From Felis catus (Eukaryota): a stretch of DNA of 64,000 nt. A program made the translations under genes and the position numbers. Below the pieces are notes generated by a model. That model did no database searches and was not told where the DNA came from. It saw only the letters and a program-made list of their open reading frames with translations. The stretch lies in NCBI RefSeq assembly GCF_018350175.1, contig NC_058369.1, positions 19,718,001 through 19,782,000 of the forward strand, written 5' to 3'. The stretch's first letter is position 1. Each line of letters starts with the position of its first letter. Below are positions 63,725 through 64,000 of this stretch, piece after piece.

Positions 63725-64000
63725 TCTCTGTCCTTTATTTTTGAAGGACATCTTTGCCAGGTAAAGTATTTTTAGCTGGCAATTTTTTTCTTTCAGTACT
63801 TTGAATGTATCATCCTACTCTCTTCTGGCCTGCAAGGTTTCTGCTGAATTCTGCTGATAGCCTTATGGGGGTTACCTTGTAAGTTACAAACTTTTTTTTC
63901 TCTTGTTGCTTTTGAAATTCTCTTTGTCTTTGATTTTAGTCAGTTTTATTACAATGTGTCTTTGAATTGATCTTTTTGGGTTGGATATTTTTAGGAGACT

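Larger units (their letters stand above)
39571..64000 (+). other. DOCK3: DOCK3 intron downstream of the SH3 exon (intron 3, partial)
   Basis: GT donor at 39571; the next exon (GIFPANYIHLKKAIVSNRG) was not seen in the window. Confidence 0.7.
55478..64000 (-). mobile_element. Long L1MA9-like element (3'UTR, ORF2, into ORF1) with many nested insertions
   Basis: cagctttattgagatataattg 3' end and tgtaccctttgacc; colinear degraded ORF2 to about 62500; ORF1-type antisense sequence at 63380-64000. Confidence 0.72.

Overview
Mammalian genomic DNA from a cat-family (Felidae) genome, judged from the felid-type Can-SINE (SINEC_Fc-like) and L1 sequences. The window is almost entirely intronic and repeat-derived. 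The only host coding sequence I can support is a single 41-bp exon at 39530-39570 (+) encoding (G)WYRGVSTKKPNVK, which I recognise as part of the DOCK3 N-terminal SH3 domain (exon 3 in human numbering). The window therefore most likely spans parts of DOCK3 introns 2 and 3. The rest is about 43 Can-SINEs (about 36 antisense and 7 sense to the gene), young felid and older carnivore/eutherian L1 fragments, HAL1, MLT1, LTR41/52-like and MER21 LTRs, MER20, MIR, L2 and microsatellites. Every long ORF in the track is L1 ORF2-derived or repeat read-through. I found no evidence of a new gene system. The most interesting signal is an unusually legible record of retrotransposition mechanics: two twin-primed (5'-inverted) L1s, a 3' transduction, stacks of insertions reusing the same target site, a recurrent target inside the SINE body, tail-only and tailless inserts, possible SINE-L1 chimeras and a local inverted templated duplication. 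Repeat family names come from recalled consensus sequences, not a database search, and boundaries without TSDs are approximate.
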